Shown here piece by piece: positions 52,001 through 64,000 of a stretch of 64,000 nucleotides of DNA (its first letter is position 1; each line of letters opens with the position of its first letter). Source of the DNA: Callorhinchus milii (Eukaryota); the NCBI RefSeq assembly GCF_018977255.1, contig NW_024704742.1, forward strand, positions 53,694,001 through 53,758,000, given 5' to 3'. A model generated the notes under the pieces. That model did no database searches. It worked only from the letters and a program-made list of their open reading frames with translations, and was not told where the DNA came from. The position numbers and the translations under genes were made by a program.

Positions 52001-52479
52001 TCATGAACAAAGGAGGAATAATCTCCCAAATGTTGAAATCATTGGAGAACAAAATGGCTTTGCAACATGTATGATTGTAAGGCTTGGAGTGACAAGAACG
52101 CAAAATAATGAACTGGAAAATGTGCTATAAATCAGGTGTTTCTCCCAGAAGGAGAAAAGTTCCTCAGACCTTTGTTTTTTCTGTTTGATTTGATAGCATC
52201 AAATAAATACTATTCCTACAGCTAATAATAATAATCCTTGCATTTGATATAACACTCTTCACATCTTCTAATGGTGCTAATATAAATTATTTCTATCATA
52301 CCATTTAGCTCATTGGGATTGTATTAAGGAAGCAAATCGAGTTGGGAGAGTTTATCACAAGTCAGCACAACTTACTTCCAGTTTCCAAAAAGGAGTTCAC
52401 AACTGTTCGACTTACATTTCATATAATGCTGTTCCACTAAGAACATTAGATCCTTGAACAAAGTGGTCTAGTGCTCTTA

Positions 52480-54225
52480 CAGGAATATAGAAGAACAGGA
52501 GGAGGCCTTTCAACATGTGAAATACTTCAAGCCCATTCCACCAGTTTAATAGACCTTGGAAGATCTTTTAATTCCTGACCTTTTGCCATAATCCTGAATA
52601 CCTCTACTACCCTAGCATTTGTCTATCTCTTTGTTAAATATCCCTATTGATTCCACCTACCGAGCTTACTGGGGCAGAGCATTCAGCATCTTCACAAACC
52701 TCTGTGTGAAGAAATGCTCCTTGTCCTGAATTTGTCACTATTCAAAAAATCCAACTCATTCAGAACTCTGCCACCCGAATAGTTACCCGGACCAAACTCT
52801 GTACCTACAACTCACCAGTTCTGGCCAGGCTCCACTGGCTCCCCATCACTGAACGGATCGACTTCAAGGTCCTCACGCTCGTGTTCAAACCTATTTACTC
52901 CCTGGCACCTCCCTACCTCTCCGACCTCCTCACTCCCCAATCCACCACTTGGCGCCTCTGCTCGACTGGCACCGGCTTCCTGCTCGTCCCTCACACCCTC
53001 CGCCCTACCATTGGAGATCGCGCTTTCAGCCGCTATGCTCCCAAATTGTGGAGTACTCTCCCTCAATCCCTCTGCCTTGCCCCCTCTCTCCCCCTTTTCA
53101 AGTCCCGCCTGAAAACCTTTCTCTTCAACCATGCTTACGTTGACTTCCACCCCCACCCTGGCTCAGAGTCAGTCTCAGCCACTGTTAAGCGCTCTGAGAC
53201 ACTACCCTGTGTGGAGGGTGCTATATAAGTGCAAGTTGTTCTTGTAGGTCTCCTAATAATAAATCCCTCCACTAGATGGAAGAGTCATCCGCTATCTAAC
53301 CTATCAATTCCTTTCTTTACTTTTCTCAATCAATTCGCCCCTTAACCTCAAAACGAAATATTTTCTAAATGGTGAGAAACTAAGAACAGTGGAAGACAAA
53401 AGGGTTTTGGGTGTCCATGTACACAAATAACTAAAAACAAGCTCACAGGTACAAAATGTTTTCAAAAAAGCTAATGGGATGTTGGCATTTATCTCAAGGG
53501 GGCTGGAATACAAAGAAGAGGAAATGATCCATTGAACTATATAACGCCTTGGTCAGATCCCCATCTGGAGTACTGCGTTTTGGGCACTGCACCTCAGGAA
53601 GGATATATTGGCTCTGAGGGAGTGCAATGCAGATTCACCAGAATGATACCAAGGCTAAAGGGATTAAATTATGAGGACAGGTTACATAAACTTGGTTTCT
53701 ATTCCCTTGAGTTTAGAAGGTTGAGGGGAATGATCAACCTTTTAAACCTTCTAAAATTAATAAAAGGATTTGATAGGGTAGATACAGAGAATCTATTTCC
53801 TCTGGTAGCAGAATCCAGAATAGGGGGCATCATCTTAAAATTCATAATCAGAGCTAGACCATTTAGGAGTGAAATTAACAGATTTTCACCCAAAAGGTAG
53901 TGGAAATCTGGAATTTTCTCTCCCAAAAGGCAGTGGATGCTGGATCCATTCACATCTTCACGACTGAGGTGGATATATATTTGTTAGGTCAGGGTATGGG
54001 CCAAGGGCGGATAATTGGACTTGAAGTACAGATCAGCAATGATTTTATAGAATTGCAGAACAGGCTTGAGGGGCTGAATGGCCTACTCCTATTTATTTGT
54101 TTCCTCTGGTCTAAGGAATACAATCCCCGCTTACTCAGTCTCTCATCATAACTAAGCCCTTTCAGCCAAGTGCTAATCTAGAAAACTGTCACAGGACACT
54201 ATCCAAAGCTAGTATAACCCTCCTA
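52480..54225. mobile_element. Old CR1 (-) host with nested L2 (+, ~52755-53247) and CR1 (+, ~53346-54103)
   Basis: L2 peptide LAPPYLSDLL..IGDRAFSRYAPKLW; CR1 peptide PHLEYCV..LEFRRLRG. Host segments at 52480-52735, 53248-53345 and 54104-54225 are collinear. Confidence 0.8.
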
Positions 54226-54397
54226 GTGTTTCTTATTGATAGCATTGCTCTCCTTCAATACACAATCACTACATTGTTACTACATTTCACATTAAATTCT
54301 GTGAAGTTATTTGAGACATCTCAACAAAACTGCTATTTCCGATCCCAGTGAATTACCTCACACTTTGCTTTACATTTTCAGATGTAGCATTACACTT

Positions 54398-54755
54398 AGA
54401 AACATAGAAATCTACAGCACAGAAGGAGGCCATTCAGCCCATTGAGTCTGCACCAGTTATCAGAGCAAGCAGATCACTTCAATCCTGCTACCTTGGCTTG
54501 TCCCTATACCCTTCAAGATTCTTTTTTTCATATGCCTATTTGCTTTTCTTCTGAAAGCTCCAATGGATTCGCTTCCACCACCCTACTCGGCAAGGCCTTC
54601 CACATCCCAACAACTGTCTGGGTGACAAAAAACTTCATACGTTCTTCTTTCATTGTCCTTGTGGGTATCTTATAATTATGTCCCTCAGTCACTGACTCCC
54701 CTATCAATGGAAATATCTTCTCCTTATTTATCCTATCAAAACCCACCATAACATG
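54398..54755 (-). mobile_element. CR1 3' end
   Basis: GFDRINKEKIFPLIGESVT peptide; agaaacatagaaa terminal repeat. Confidence 0.85.
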
Positions 54756-55424
54756 AGCGAGTAGGAAGAACATGGATTCACAGGGTACATATCACAGGTA
54801 GTGATTGAACAGTGTATTTCAGCAGCTGGAATCTCATTCTTCAGCAAAATGGCACATCACAACACTGAAAAATCCCCAAAATAATGTAAAGAGAGATATA
54901 ATAGATATTGATTAGAGATTGTGTTTCAAGCAAAGGGTAAAAAAAAGTAAAAGGCAAATGCCTTTAAGTTACCAGGCATATGGATGCAATATTCCAGCCA
55001 CTTTAAAATGTTATTTACATTGATTCCAGACAGAAACCTATCACATGGCATTTTCATCTGTGGACCATGTACACTTTATTTGAAATGGAATATGAAAGCA
55101 CCATCAAAATTTACAGAACAATAGCTTCTATTTTAGCAAGACACTGGATCCTTAATGAAATTATCATAAAGTGATCCATTTACTGAAACATATTATGAGG
55201 ACATTTTCTGCAGGACAGAGAACCTTGAAGCATTTTAGCACCAAGTTTTTCAATTATCAACAAATCCTTCAAATTCAAAGGTAAGGTTGGCTTGTGCTAG
55301 AGGGCACTGCAGAATTGTACATTTAGCAATAAAACAATCTGCATCATTTTTTTGAAGTTGTTCTCTTCTGTGTATCTGAGAAAACACTACCTTCCAATTA
55401 TGGAAGGGACATTTGGATGAGTTC

Positions 55425-55690
55425 TTCTCTACCTGTTCAGATGGACATGAAAGATCCCATGACACCGTTTGAAAAGAGTTTTTCCGGGTGTCCTGGCCAA
55501 CAGTACTCCAGATAAAATTGGTCATTCCTTTCATCACTGTCTGTTGACATTGCTTTGTGCAAATAGACTGCCATATTCAATTACAAAATACGTAGTCACT
55601 GCATTTCACAGTAAAATCCTGTGAAGCACTTTGAGAGTCCTCTTGATATGAAAGGCGCTACATCAAATGCTAGGATTATTATTAATTATT
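55425..55690 (+). mobile_element. Deu-like SINE 3' two-thirds
   Basis: aaagatcccatgacacc..ggtgtcctggccaac..tgtgcaaatagactgcc..ggattattatta. Confidence 0.8.
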
Positions 55691-56302
55691 AACAGGCAAT
55701 TGAGTTAGCTTTATAAATATTTCCCTTAAAAAGTCCTCCAAATTCTGTCTTTCCTTTTTCAATAGAACAGCAAGTATTAAATTCAGCTGATAATCTTTCT
55801 ATGGGAGTTACTTTGCAATTTCATTATATAATGTTAAATATTAATTTCAGATTTCATGCTCAATGGTAATTTGTTAGTTTTTTGTCCCTTTATGGGTATG
55901 AATAATTATTTAGGTGGTATGAAACAATCTTCAAGACAGAATATTTTTATGCTTTAAACTAAAGAAGGCAATCTCCTCATCTTTCAAATAAAATTATTGT
56001 GTTGGTCAATTATCTAAAATGATTGGGATTCAAAGAAACAAATATTACAACCAAACATAATTGGTCAGCATTGACCATGCTATTTTTATAGACTCCTGCT
56101 TTTGCTGTTAGATTGTTTAAGTGCTCAGAGGTGTCCAACCAACATGAAAGATGCTACATGAACGTAAATTGTATTGTGGGTTCCTTACATGGTTCAGTTA
56201 TCTCTGGCATAAAGGAAGCAATGAATAGAAAGGCATGGAATTCTGTACCTATTATTTGCAAAAGCATTCCTCTATAACACTACAAGATGTTGCAGCTGTA
56301 AC

Positions 56303-56580
56303 CACTGTAGCTCAGTAGTTAGAGCACTTGCCTCACAAGCGGGAGACCTGGATTCAATTCCCGGGAGGGAAAAACCTTGGGCAAGTTTCTTTACACTACT
56401 CGCCTGATAATAATCCCACAAGACAACAAAAAAAATAAAAAAATTAGTCACTTCAATCCACGACTGTTTGTGGGACACTGCTGTGCGCAATTGGCTGCTG
56501 CATTTCACCCACAAATATACAGTCAATTCACTTTACAGTGTATTCTTGAAACGCTATATGAAATGCAAGGATTATTATTA
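56303..56580 (+). mobile_element. Short tRNA-derived SINE without the 5' extension
   Basis: ctgtagctcagtagttagagcacttgcctcacaagcgggagacctggattcaattcccggg head; same body and tail as the 32338 copy. Confidence 0.9.
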
Positions 56581-56879
56581 AGGTCTAGAGGTGATAACTG
56601 CAGCAAAATATATTTCACTGAAGCACATCGAATAGAGTGGTTCAACCCAGTGAACATATAACCTCCAGCAGGGAACAGACAACATTTTGAACATCTATTC
56701 TAAATCATTACTTACTCGTATATAACTTAAGGTTCCCCCAACACTGGTTTCCTTTGATGGCTCAATAAATAAATGTGTGTTGTATTGCATACTGACCAAG
56801 ATAGATCAGAAAAGGATGGGGTACAAGTAGTTAGTTAAGAGTGGTGGTAAGGTAGATTATGGGTCTTTGAAATAACAGA

Positions 56880-57212
56880 GTGAAAATTGCAACCTGTGAA
56901 ATTACACTGTATGGATGTTTTCATTTAGTAATATATTTAGAGGCTATGCCCCCCCCGCCCCCTACAAACCCCCCACCGTGCCCCCCCCTCCCCCCCCCCC
57001 CCCCCACACACACACATTCCATTGTATTGGATAGGGCTGGAGCCATGCCCATCTGACTTAATGCCCATGGATTGTGACATTGGATAGTGGCATTGAGATG
57101 GTGTTGGGGGTGGAGGAAGGTAGGATTACATCTGTGGATGAGTTGAGGAATTTCCAATGGTGTGATGATTAACACTGCTGATAATTAATATTCCACAGAT
57201 TGCAATTTTCAC
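56880..57212. mobile_element. Putative MITE with ~25-bp imperfect terminal inverted repeats
   Basis: gtgaaaattgcaacctgtgaaatta (56880-56904) versus taatattccacagattgcaattttcac (57186-57212). Confidence 0.55.
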
Positions 57213-57412
57213 CCCATTAGGAAATAAATCAGCCAAGGTTCACTCCTGATCAGTGCCCAGTGACTGTTTTTGGAACGTGTGCATGACAGGTATATCCTTA
57301 CGATAAACTCCAGATTTTAACAGCCTGCTGACACTCACTTTCCAGGATGATACATAAAAAAAACACATGCTGCTCGGACAAGGTAGCAAGCTGCAGACCT
57401 GTGCAACTGTAC

Positions 57413-59326
57413 AACAACAACAACAACAAGATTCCATTTATTGAGCGCCTTTCACGTCGGCAGGATGTCCCAAGGCGCTGTACAACTGGGTCAGGACACG
57501 AGCAAGGGGGAAATGGTCAGGGTGAGGGGAGGGAAGGGAGGGAGCGAGGAGGGGTAGAGAGTCGAGAGGGGAGCAGAACGCACGGTCAAAGAGAAAGGTC
57601 TTGAGACCGGCCTTGAAGGAGGAAAGGGAGGAGGCGGCGAAGGCACTGGGGGATAGAGTTCCAGAGCCTCGGGGCTGAGAGGCTGAAGGCCCAACCACCG
57701 ATGGTAGGGCGGTTGGGGCGGGGGATGTGGAGCAGACCGGAGCCAGAGGAATGGAGGGTACGGGCAGGTAGGTAGGGGGGTAGTAGGTCGGAGAGGTAGG
57801 AGGGAGCAAGGCCGTGAATGGCCTTGTAGGTGAGGGTGAGGATCTTGAATTCGATCCTCTGGAGGATGGGGAGCCAGTGGAGGCGAGCGAGGGTGGGAGT
57901 GATGTGGTCCCGAAGCCTGGTGCGGGACAGTACACGAGCTGCAGAGTTCTGAATGACCTGCAGCTTGTGGAGGGAGGTGCCGGGAAGGCCGGCGAGGAGA
58001 GAGTTCCCATAGTCCAGCCTTGAGGTGACAAAGGCGTGAACCAGGGTTTCAGCAGCGTGAGGGGTGAGGTAGTGCCGTAGTCTGGCGACATTCCGGAGGT
58101 GATGGAAGGTGGTGCCAGTTGTGGTGCGGATGTGAGGGAGAAAGGACAGATCAGGGTCGAACAGAACCCCGAGGTTCCTGACTGGCTTTGAGAGGTGGAG
58201 AGTGCAGCCTTGGATGTTGATGCTGTCAGCGCCTGAGGTGCGGAGGCGCTGACGCGAGCCAATCAGGAGGGCCTCAGTTTTGCGCACGTTGAGCTGGAGA
58301 AAGTTATCTCTCGTCCAGGACTCAATGTCGGACAGGCAGCTGTCAGGACATCGGTGGTCGTGGAGTTGAGGGTAGAGGAGGAAAGGTAGAGTTGGGTGTC
58401 ATCCGCATACATGTGGAAGTTAACCCCATGTCTGCGGATGATGTCACCAAGGGGGAGCATATAGAGGGTGAAGAGGAGGGGACCGAGGACAGAGCCCTGA
58501 GGGACACCGCACGAGACAGTGCGGGGGCCGGAGGAAAAACCATTTGTGGAGACAAAGTGAAGACGGTGGGAGAGGTGCGACCTGAACCACTCAAGGACAG
58601 GGCCTTGAAGGTTTAGGTGGGAGGACAAGCGGTGGAGGAGGATAGCATGGTCGACCGTATTGAATGCTGCTGATAGGTTGAGGAGGAAGGGGAGGCAGAG
58701 GGAGCCCTGGTCACAGATGGTCAAGATGTCATTGGTGACCTTGACCAGGGCAGTTTCTGTGCTATTGGCAGCACGGAAACCCGATTGAAGGGGTTCGAAT
58801 AGTGAATGGTTGGAGAGGAAAGAGCGCAGCTGGGACGCGACAACTCGTTCCAGAACCTTGGATAGGAAGGAGAGGTTGGAGATGGGCCGGTAGCTTGATA
58901 GCTGCGACGCATCAAGGGAGGGTTTTTTTAAGGTGGGAGTGATGGTGGCAGTTTTTAAGGGAATGGGAATAGAGCCAGAGGAGAGGGACAGGTTGACGAT
59001 GTCTGTGATATGTGGGGCAAGGAGGTGGAGCTGGGAGATAAGGAGTGGAGTGGGGATGGGGTCAAGGGAGCAGGTGGTAGGTTTCAGGGAGAGGATGAGT
59101 TTGGTGACAGAGGATGGGGAAACGGGTACGAAGATGTGTAGGGGAGGATGGGTAGGAGTCGGAGTATGGGAGGGAAGGGGTGGGTGGTGGGTGGATGTTG
59201 AAGGGTAAGTGACCGCGGAACGGATTCCCTTGATCTTGGATTCAAGGAAATCCAGCATCTCCTCGCAGTGAAGGTTGGAGGAGATGACCCGCGTGGCGTG
59301 AACGGAGGAGTTGGGATGTGGTAGAG
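57413..59326 (-). mobile_element. Young L2 LINE, 1.9 kb, nearly intact RT domain, with TSD
   Basis: [53 protein letters not shown]; (CAA)n tail; aactgtac at 57405-57412 and 59327-59334. Confidence 0.97.
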
Positions 59327-59779
59327 AACTGTACTGTAACTGTACTGTACTCTCTGTCAATTTAGACAACAAAATTCCAGAATGAACCAGAATTGCCTGG
59401 CTCACGTAGTATTATTTTGATGTATTTTACTAAAGCTTCAAAGAAACTCTGTATCAGCAACTTGGTGAAGCAGCACATTGAAGCAACAATCCACTGGTGC
59501 TACAGAGCAGTTTAATGCTTGGTTAGCCCTGTGATTCCTCACACAGTGTGTGTATTTTTAATTGAGCCAAGTCAAGTGGTGAGGGAAGACCACAAGCTGT
59601 TGGAAAGCATTGCACAAGAGGACAGAAGAAGTTAAACTGAAAGATGAGTTAATGCATTTACATTTCTCCCAACAACTGTTACACAATCAGATTCACTGGA
59701 AAGGTTGCCTCTCTTCCCTCCTAAAACTAAAACTTCACCTGGTCTAAACCTATAAAACCATTCTGCAGTGAAATTTAGG

Positions 59780-60147
59780 ATCATGCACAAAGTGGACATC
59801 AATTGGCTTCTTATACTTATTGGTGAATCCTACCCTGTACATCACTCGCTGCCACTACTCGGCTAACTCCGGTCTCCTATTTGTCACTTGTGCCCTCTAT
59901 TCCACCATCGGTGGTTGTGCTTTCAGCCATTAAGCCCCGAAACTCTGGAACTCTCTCCCTCTATCCCTCCGCCTTGCCCCCTCCCTCCCCACCTTCAAAT
60001 CCCAACTAAAGGCCTTCCTTTTTGATCGTGCTTACGGTCATCTCACCCCTCCCTCTTCCCTTGGTTCATTGTCAGACTCCACCATTGTGAAGCTCTGGGA
60101 CGCTACCCCGTGTGAAGGGCGCTATATAAATGCAAGTTGATGTTGTA
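59780..60147 (+). mobile_element. L2 3' end
   Basis: ccaccatcggtggttgtgctttcagcc..aaactctggaactctctccc..gtgaagggcgctatataaatgcaagttg. Confidence 0.85.
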
Positions 60148-61077
60148 GCATGTGTTCACGTAAAAGTGAGTCAGTCCTATGTAAGGTTTGTCTTACAATT
60201 AAGTAATTGGTTGTACCTAAGTGTAAAATGCATAATTTCTAATGATTGTGCTCTGAGATGTTATGTTATGTGATGAGTGCTTTGCAAATATAAATTGTTG
60301 GTATATCTTGATAAGCATTCCAATTACAAATCCTGGCAATTCATGGAACTCCACTTGGAAGTAGATTGTGTTGGAGCAGAGTTAAAGTTAGTGACTTCTA
60401 GTTATCAGAAAGAGTCCTCATTTGTGTAACTTGGATTACTCAAGTAATCATGTTCAGAAACATTGCATTATGGTCATGAACAACAATTTACATTTATATA
60501 GCACCTTACATTTATATAGCAACATGAAAAGGGAGAGGTAGAGGGGCAGGATGGAGTTCCAGAAAATGTGAGCAGAATGGCCTGAAATCTTTCTTATTTA
60601 TTATCTTTTTTTGGAATTAAAACATAACTAAAATCTGAAGTTGTTTTTGCCTAACCTAAAAAAATTACATCGATGCACTACAGATTTTGAAAGAAATTCA
60701 TTGTTCATAGTATAAATTACAAAACTTGACAATTTGTAGTCAGGCTTTGAGGTTCAGTTCCAGAGAGGGGAAATGCACATGAATTATTTATTGCAACAAG
60801 AAGCTTATTTCATGACAGTATTGTCCTTCAGTTTCAATGAGGCTTTTTGGGCTCTGAATGCTTCTCGGCAGAAAAAGGATCAAAATCATTCAGAACGTCA
60901 AAGTACATTAAGTTGATAATGTGAATTACACATCAAGCGCACATTCGTAGCACAAAAGTATTAACCCTTTGAATACTTAAATTGAAATGTCAGGCCTGAA
61001 ATTAATCTAGTTATCTAGTTCTGCTTTAAAGAAAGGAACACATCTTATTGGCTCCTCAATAATAAGATGATGTAAGA

Positions 61078-63285
61078 TCATAGAATCATAGAATTATACA
61101 GCACAGAAGGAGGCCATTTTGGCCCATCGTGTCGGTGCCGGATGTTTGAAAAGAGCTATTCAAATCAATCCCACTCACCCACTCTCTCCCCATAGCCCTG
61201 CAAACTTGTCCTCCCCAAATAATTATCTACTTCTCTCTTAAAAGCTGTTATCAAATCAGCTTCCACCACCCTTTCAGGTAATGCAATCCAGATCCGAACA
61301 ATTCGCTGTGTGAAAAAAATTCTCCTTACCTCCCCTCTGTTTCTTTTAACAACTATTTTAAATCGGTGTCTTCGGGTTACCGACCCACCCACCAGTGGAA
61401 ATAGTTTCTCCTTGTTCACCCTATCAAATCCCCTCATAATTTTGAAAACTTCTATTAAGTCTCCTCTTAACCTTCTCTGCTCCAAGGGGAATAATCTTAG
61501 CTTCTCTAGTCTCTCCTGATAACTGAAGTCCCTCATTCCTGGTACCATCCTGGTAAATCTCCTTTGCACCCTCTCCAATGCCTTGACATCCTTCCTAAAG
61601 TGTGAGGGCCAGAACTGAACCCAGTCTTTAGCTGAGGCCTAACCAGTGTTTTATAAAGGTTCATCATAACTTCATGACTTTTGTATTCTATGCCCCTATT
61701 TATAAAGCCTAGTATCCCATATGCTTTTTTAACAGCTTTATCCACCTGTCCAGCCACCTTCAAAGATTTACTTATATGAATCCCAGGTCTCTCTGTTCCT
61801 TCACCCCCTTTAAGATTGTACCATCAGCTTATATTGCCTCTCCTCATTCTTCCTACCAAAATGCATCATTTCGCATTTCTCCACATTAAACTTTATCTGC
61901 CACTTGTCTGCCCATTTTACCAGTATGTCTATGTCCATTTGCAGTCTGCTACTATCCTCCTCACTGTTTACTACTTTTCCTATCTTAGTATCATCTGAAA
62001 ACTTGGAAATTGTACTCCCTATACCCAAGTCCAGGTCATTTATAGTGATCAAAAAGAGCAGTGTTCTCAATACCAATCCCTGCATACTTCTCTCCAGTCA
62101 GAAAAACAACTGATCACCACTACTCTCTGCTTTCTGTCTCCAAGTTTATTCTGTATCCATGTTGCCACTTTCCCATTAATACCATGGGCTTCTATTTTGC
62201 TTACAAGTCTCTTATGTGGCACTTATCAAACACCTTTTGAAAATCCACATAAACTGCATCAACTGCACTACCTTCATCCATCCTCTCCATTACTTCATCA
62301 AAAACTCTGTCAGGTTTGTTAGATATGATTTGCCTTTAACAAATCCGTGTTGGCTGTCCTTTATTAACCCATATTTTTCTAAGTGAAAAGTTATTTTGTC
62401 CCCGATTATAGTCTCTAGAAGTTTCCCCACTACTGACGTTTGGTTGACTGGCCTGCAGTTCCCAGGTTTTTCCTTCTGCCCCTTTTTGTACAAGAGAATA
62501 ACATTTGCAACCCTTCAGTCCTTGGGCACCAACCAAGGAGGATTGAAAGATTGTGGCCAGAGCCTCTGCTATTTCCACCTTTACTTCCCTCAGTAACCTA
62601 GGATGCATCCCATCTGGACCGGGTGACCTATTTACCTTGAGCACCGTCAACCTTTTTGGTACCTCCTCTCAGTTTATTCTTATCTTACCCAATTTCTCTA
62701 CCCTCTCCTCTGATACTATGGCATTGGCTGCATCCTCTTCTTTTGTGAAGACAGATGCAATACGTCAGCCATGCTCTCTGCCTCCACAAGAAGATTTCCT
62801 CTTTGGTTCCTAATTGGACCCACCCTACCTTTAACTAACATTTTATTCTTTATATGCTGATAAAATACCTTAGAGTTCTCTTTTATGTTACCTGTTAATC
62901 TTTTCTCACACAATCTTTTTGCCCCTCTTATTTCCTTATTTCCTTTTTCAGTTCTCCTTTGTACTTTGCATATTCTATTTGATTATCTTCTGTATTTTGG
63001 ACCTAACATTTATCATGAGTCTCCTTTTTCTGTTTTATTTTAATCCCAATTTCCTTAGTCATCTAGGGAGGTTTGCATGCCCTACGTTTCCCCTTTGTGG
63101 GAATGTATTTGTTCTGTCCCCGAACTATCTCTTCCTTGAAAGCTTCCCATTGCTTCTTAACTGTTTTACCTGCCTATTTTCCCTTCCAGTCCAACTTGGC
63201 TAGGTCCATTTTTAACTCACTGAAATTAGCCCTCTTCTCGTAGAGTATCTTCACCTTTGATTGTTCCTTGTCCCTTTGCACATCT
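61078..63285 (-). mobile_element. CR1 LINE, 5'-truncated, 2.2 kb, same subfamily as the 3716 copy
   Basis: SPGPDGMHPRLLRE, SQHGFVKGKS, ISKFSDDTKIG, LEQRRLRGDLIEVFKI; tcatagaatcatagaat = (ATTCTATG)n 3' end. Confidence 0.95.
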
Positions 63286-63574
63286 TATAAAAGATGTTTT
63301 ATAAGGGTATAAAATGGTGAATGCGCAAACTGTGTTTTGTTTTTGGTTCATATTTTGCTTAGAAAAGACACAAAACATCCCACAAAAACGTAGAAGCAGA
63401 GCCCAAGACTTTTTACTGACTTTTTGTAACTTTTTGGAATTTGAAAGGCAGTTTCACTTTTGATCACAAACTGATGAATCGCAAACATAAGCTGCATATA
63501 ATACAACCAATCTAATAATAATATCAAATGCAATAATCCTTGCATTTGATATAACTCCTTATCACTTCATTGTT

Positions 63575-64000
63575 GTTTTCCCCATATCCCTTGATACTCT
63601 TACCTAACAAATACCTATCAATTTTGGTCTTGAAAATTCCATAGCTTCTTGGGAGAAAGAATTCAAGATATCTACAACCATATCTGTGAACAAAATGTTT
63701 CCTGGTTACACCCCTAATGTAGCTCTAATTTGACCCCATTTTCTAGATTCTCACAACTGAGTTCATGAAACCTATCCCATAATTTAACTCTTTTAGCTCT
63801 GGTATCATTTTGGTGAATCTGTGCAACACCCCCTTCAAGGCCAATATATCTTTCCTGATATGCGGTACCCAAAACTGAATGCTGTACTCGAGATAGGGAA
63901 TGACTGAGGCTTTGTATAACTAAAGCATCAGTTCCTTGCTTTTTTATTCTAATCCCCTTGAGATAAAAGCAATTAGCTTTTTTGATTGCTTTTTGTACCT
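63575..64000 (-). mobile_element. Old CR1 3' fragment
   Basis: Reverse complement includes ctcgagtacagcattcagttttgg (LEYSIQFW) and gagtatcaagggatatgggg. Confidence 0.75.

Noticed and set aside
58263..59405. 380-aa ORF as a host gene; likewise the Pro/Ser-rich and Gly/Glu-rich ORFs at 20082, 57438, 7967 and 8384
   Set aside because: These are L2 ORF2 and its alternative or antisense frames; the ORF's N-terminus runs into flanking DNA.
1..64000. Other SGCZ exons (the upstream transmembrane exon and the next downstream exon) and miR-383, which is intronic to mammalian SGCZ
   Set aside because: No matching peptide and no AGATCAGAAGGTGA-like sequence found by eye; probably outside the window. 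tBLASTn/BLASTn would settle it.

Overview
Vertebrate genomic DNA, most likely from a cartilaginous fish (shark or chimaera). This is inferred from the repeat mix: abundant CR1 and L2 LINEs plus tRNA-derived SINEs with a Deu-like core. The whole window lies inside a zeta-sarcoglycan (SGCZ) gene on the minus strand. Two coding exons with canonical AG/GT ends are present: 41558-41457 (102 nt, [34 protein letters not shown]) and 13356-13269 (88 nt, DSPLMLQSDRNVTVNARNNLGQITGQLTV+G). A 28,100-bp phase-0 intron separates them. Everything else is intronic and rich in retroelements, many of them nested. Most long ORFs in the track are LINE ORF2 fragments or their antisense shadows. Main observations: (1) an unassigned, hairpin-rich repeat of roughly 0.7 kb found 7 times, always in the same orientation; (2) two CR1 copies 57 kb apart sharing the same two ORF2 frameshifts; (3) two SINEs sharing ~107 bp upstream of the tRNA head; (4) a candidate 6-nt microexon and a candidate recursive splice site; (5) nested fold-back insertions, a degenerate hammerhead remnant, MITE-like inverted repeats and two adjacent minisatellites. 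Repeat boundaries were read by eye and are approximate; exon boundaries were counted exactly.
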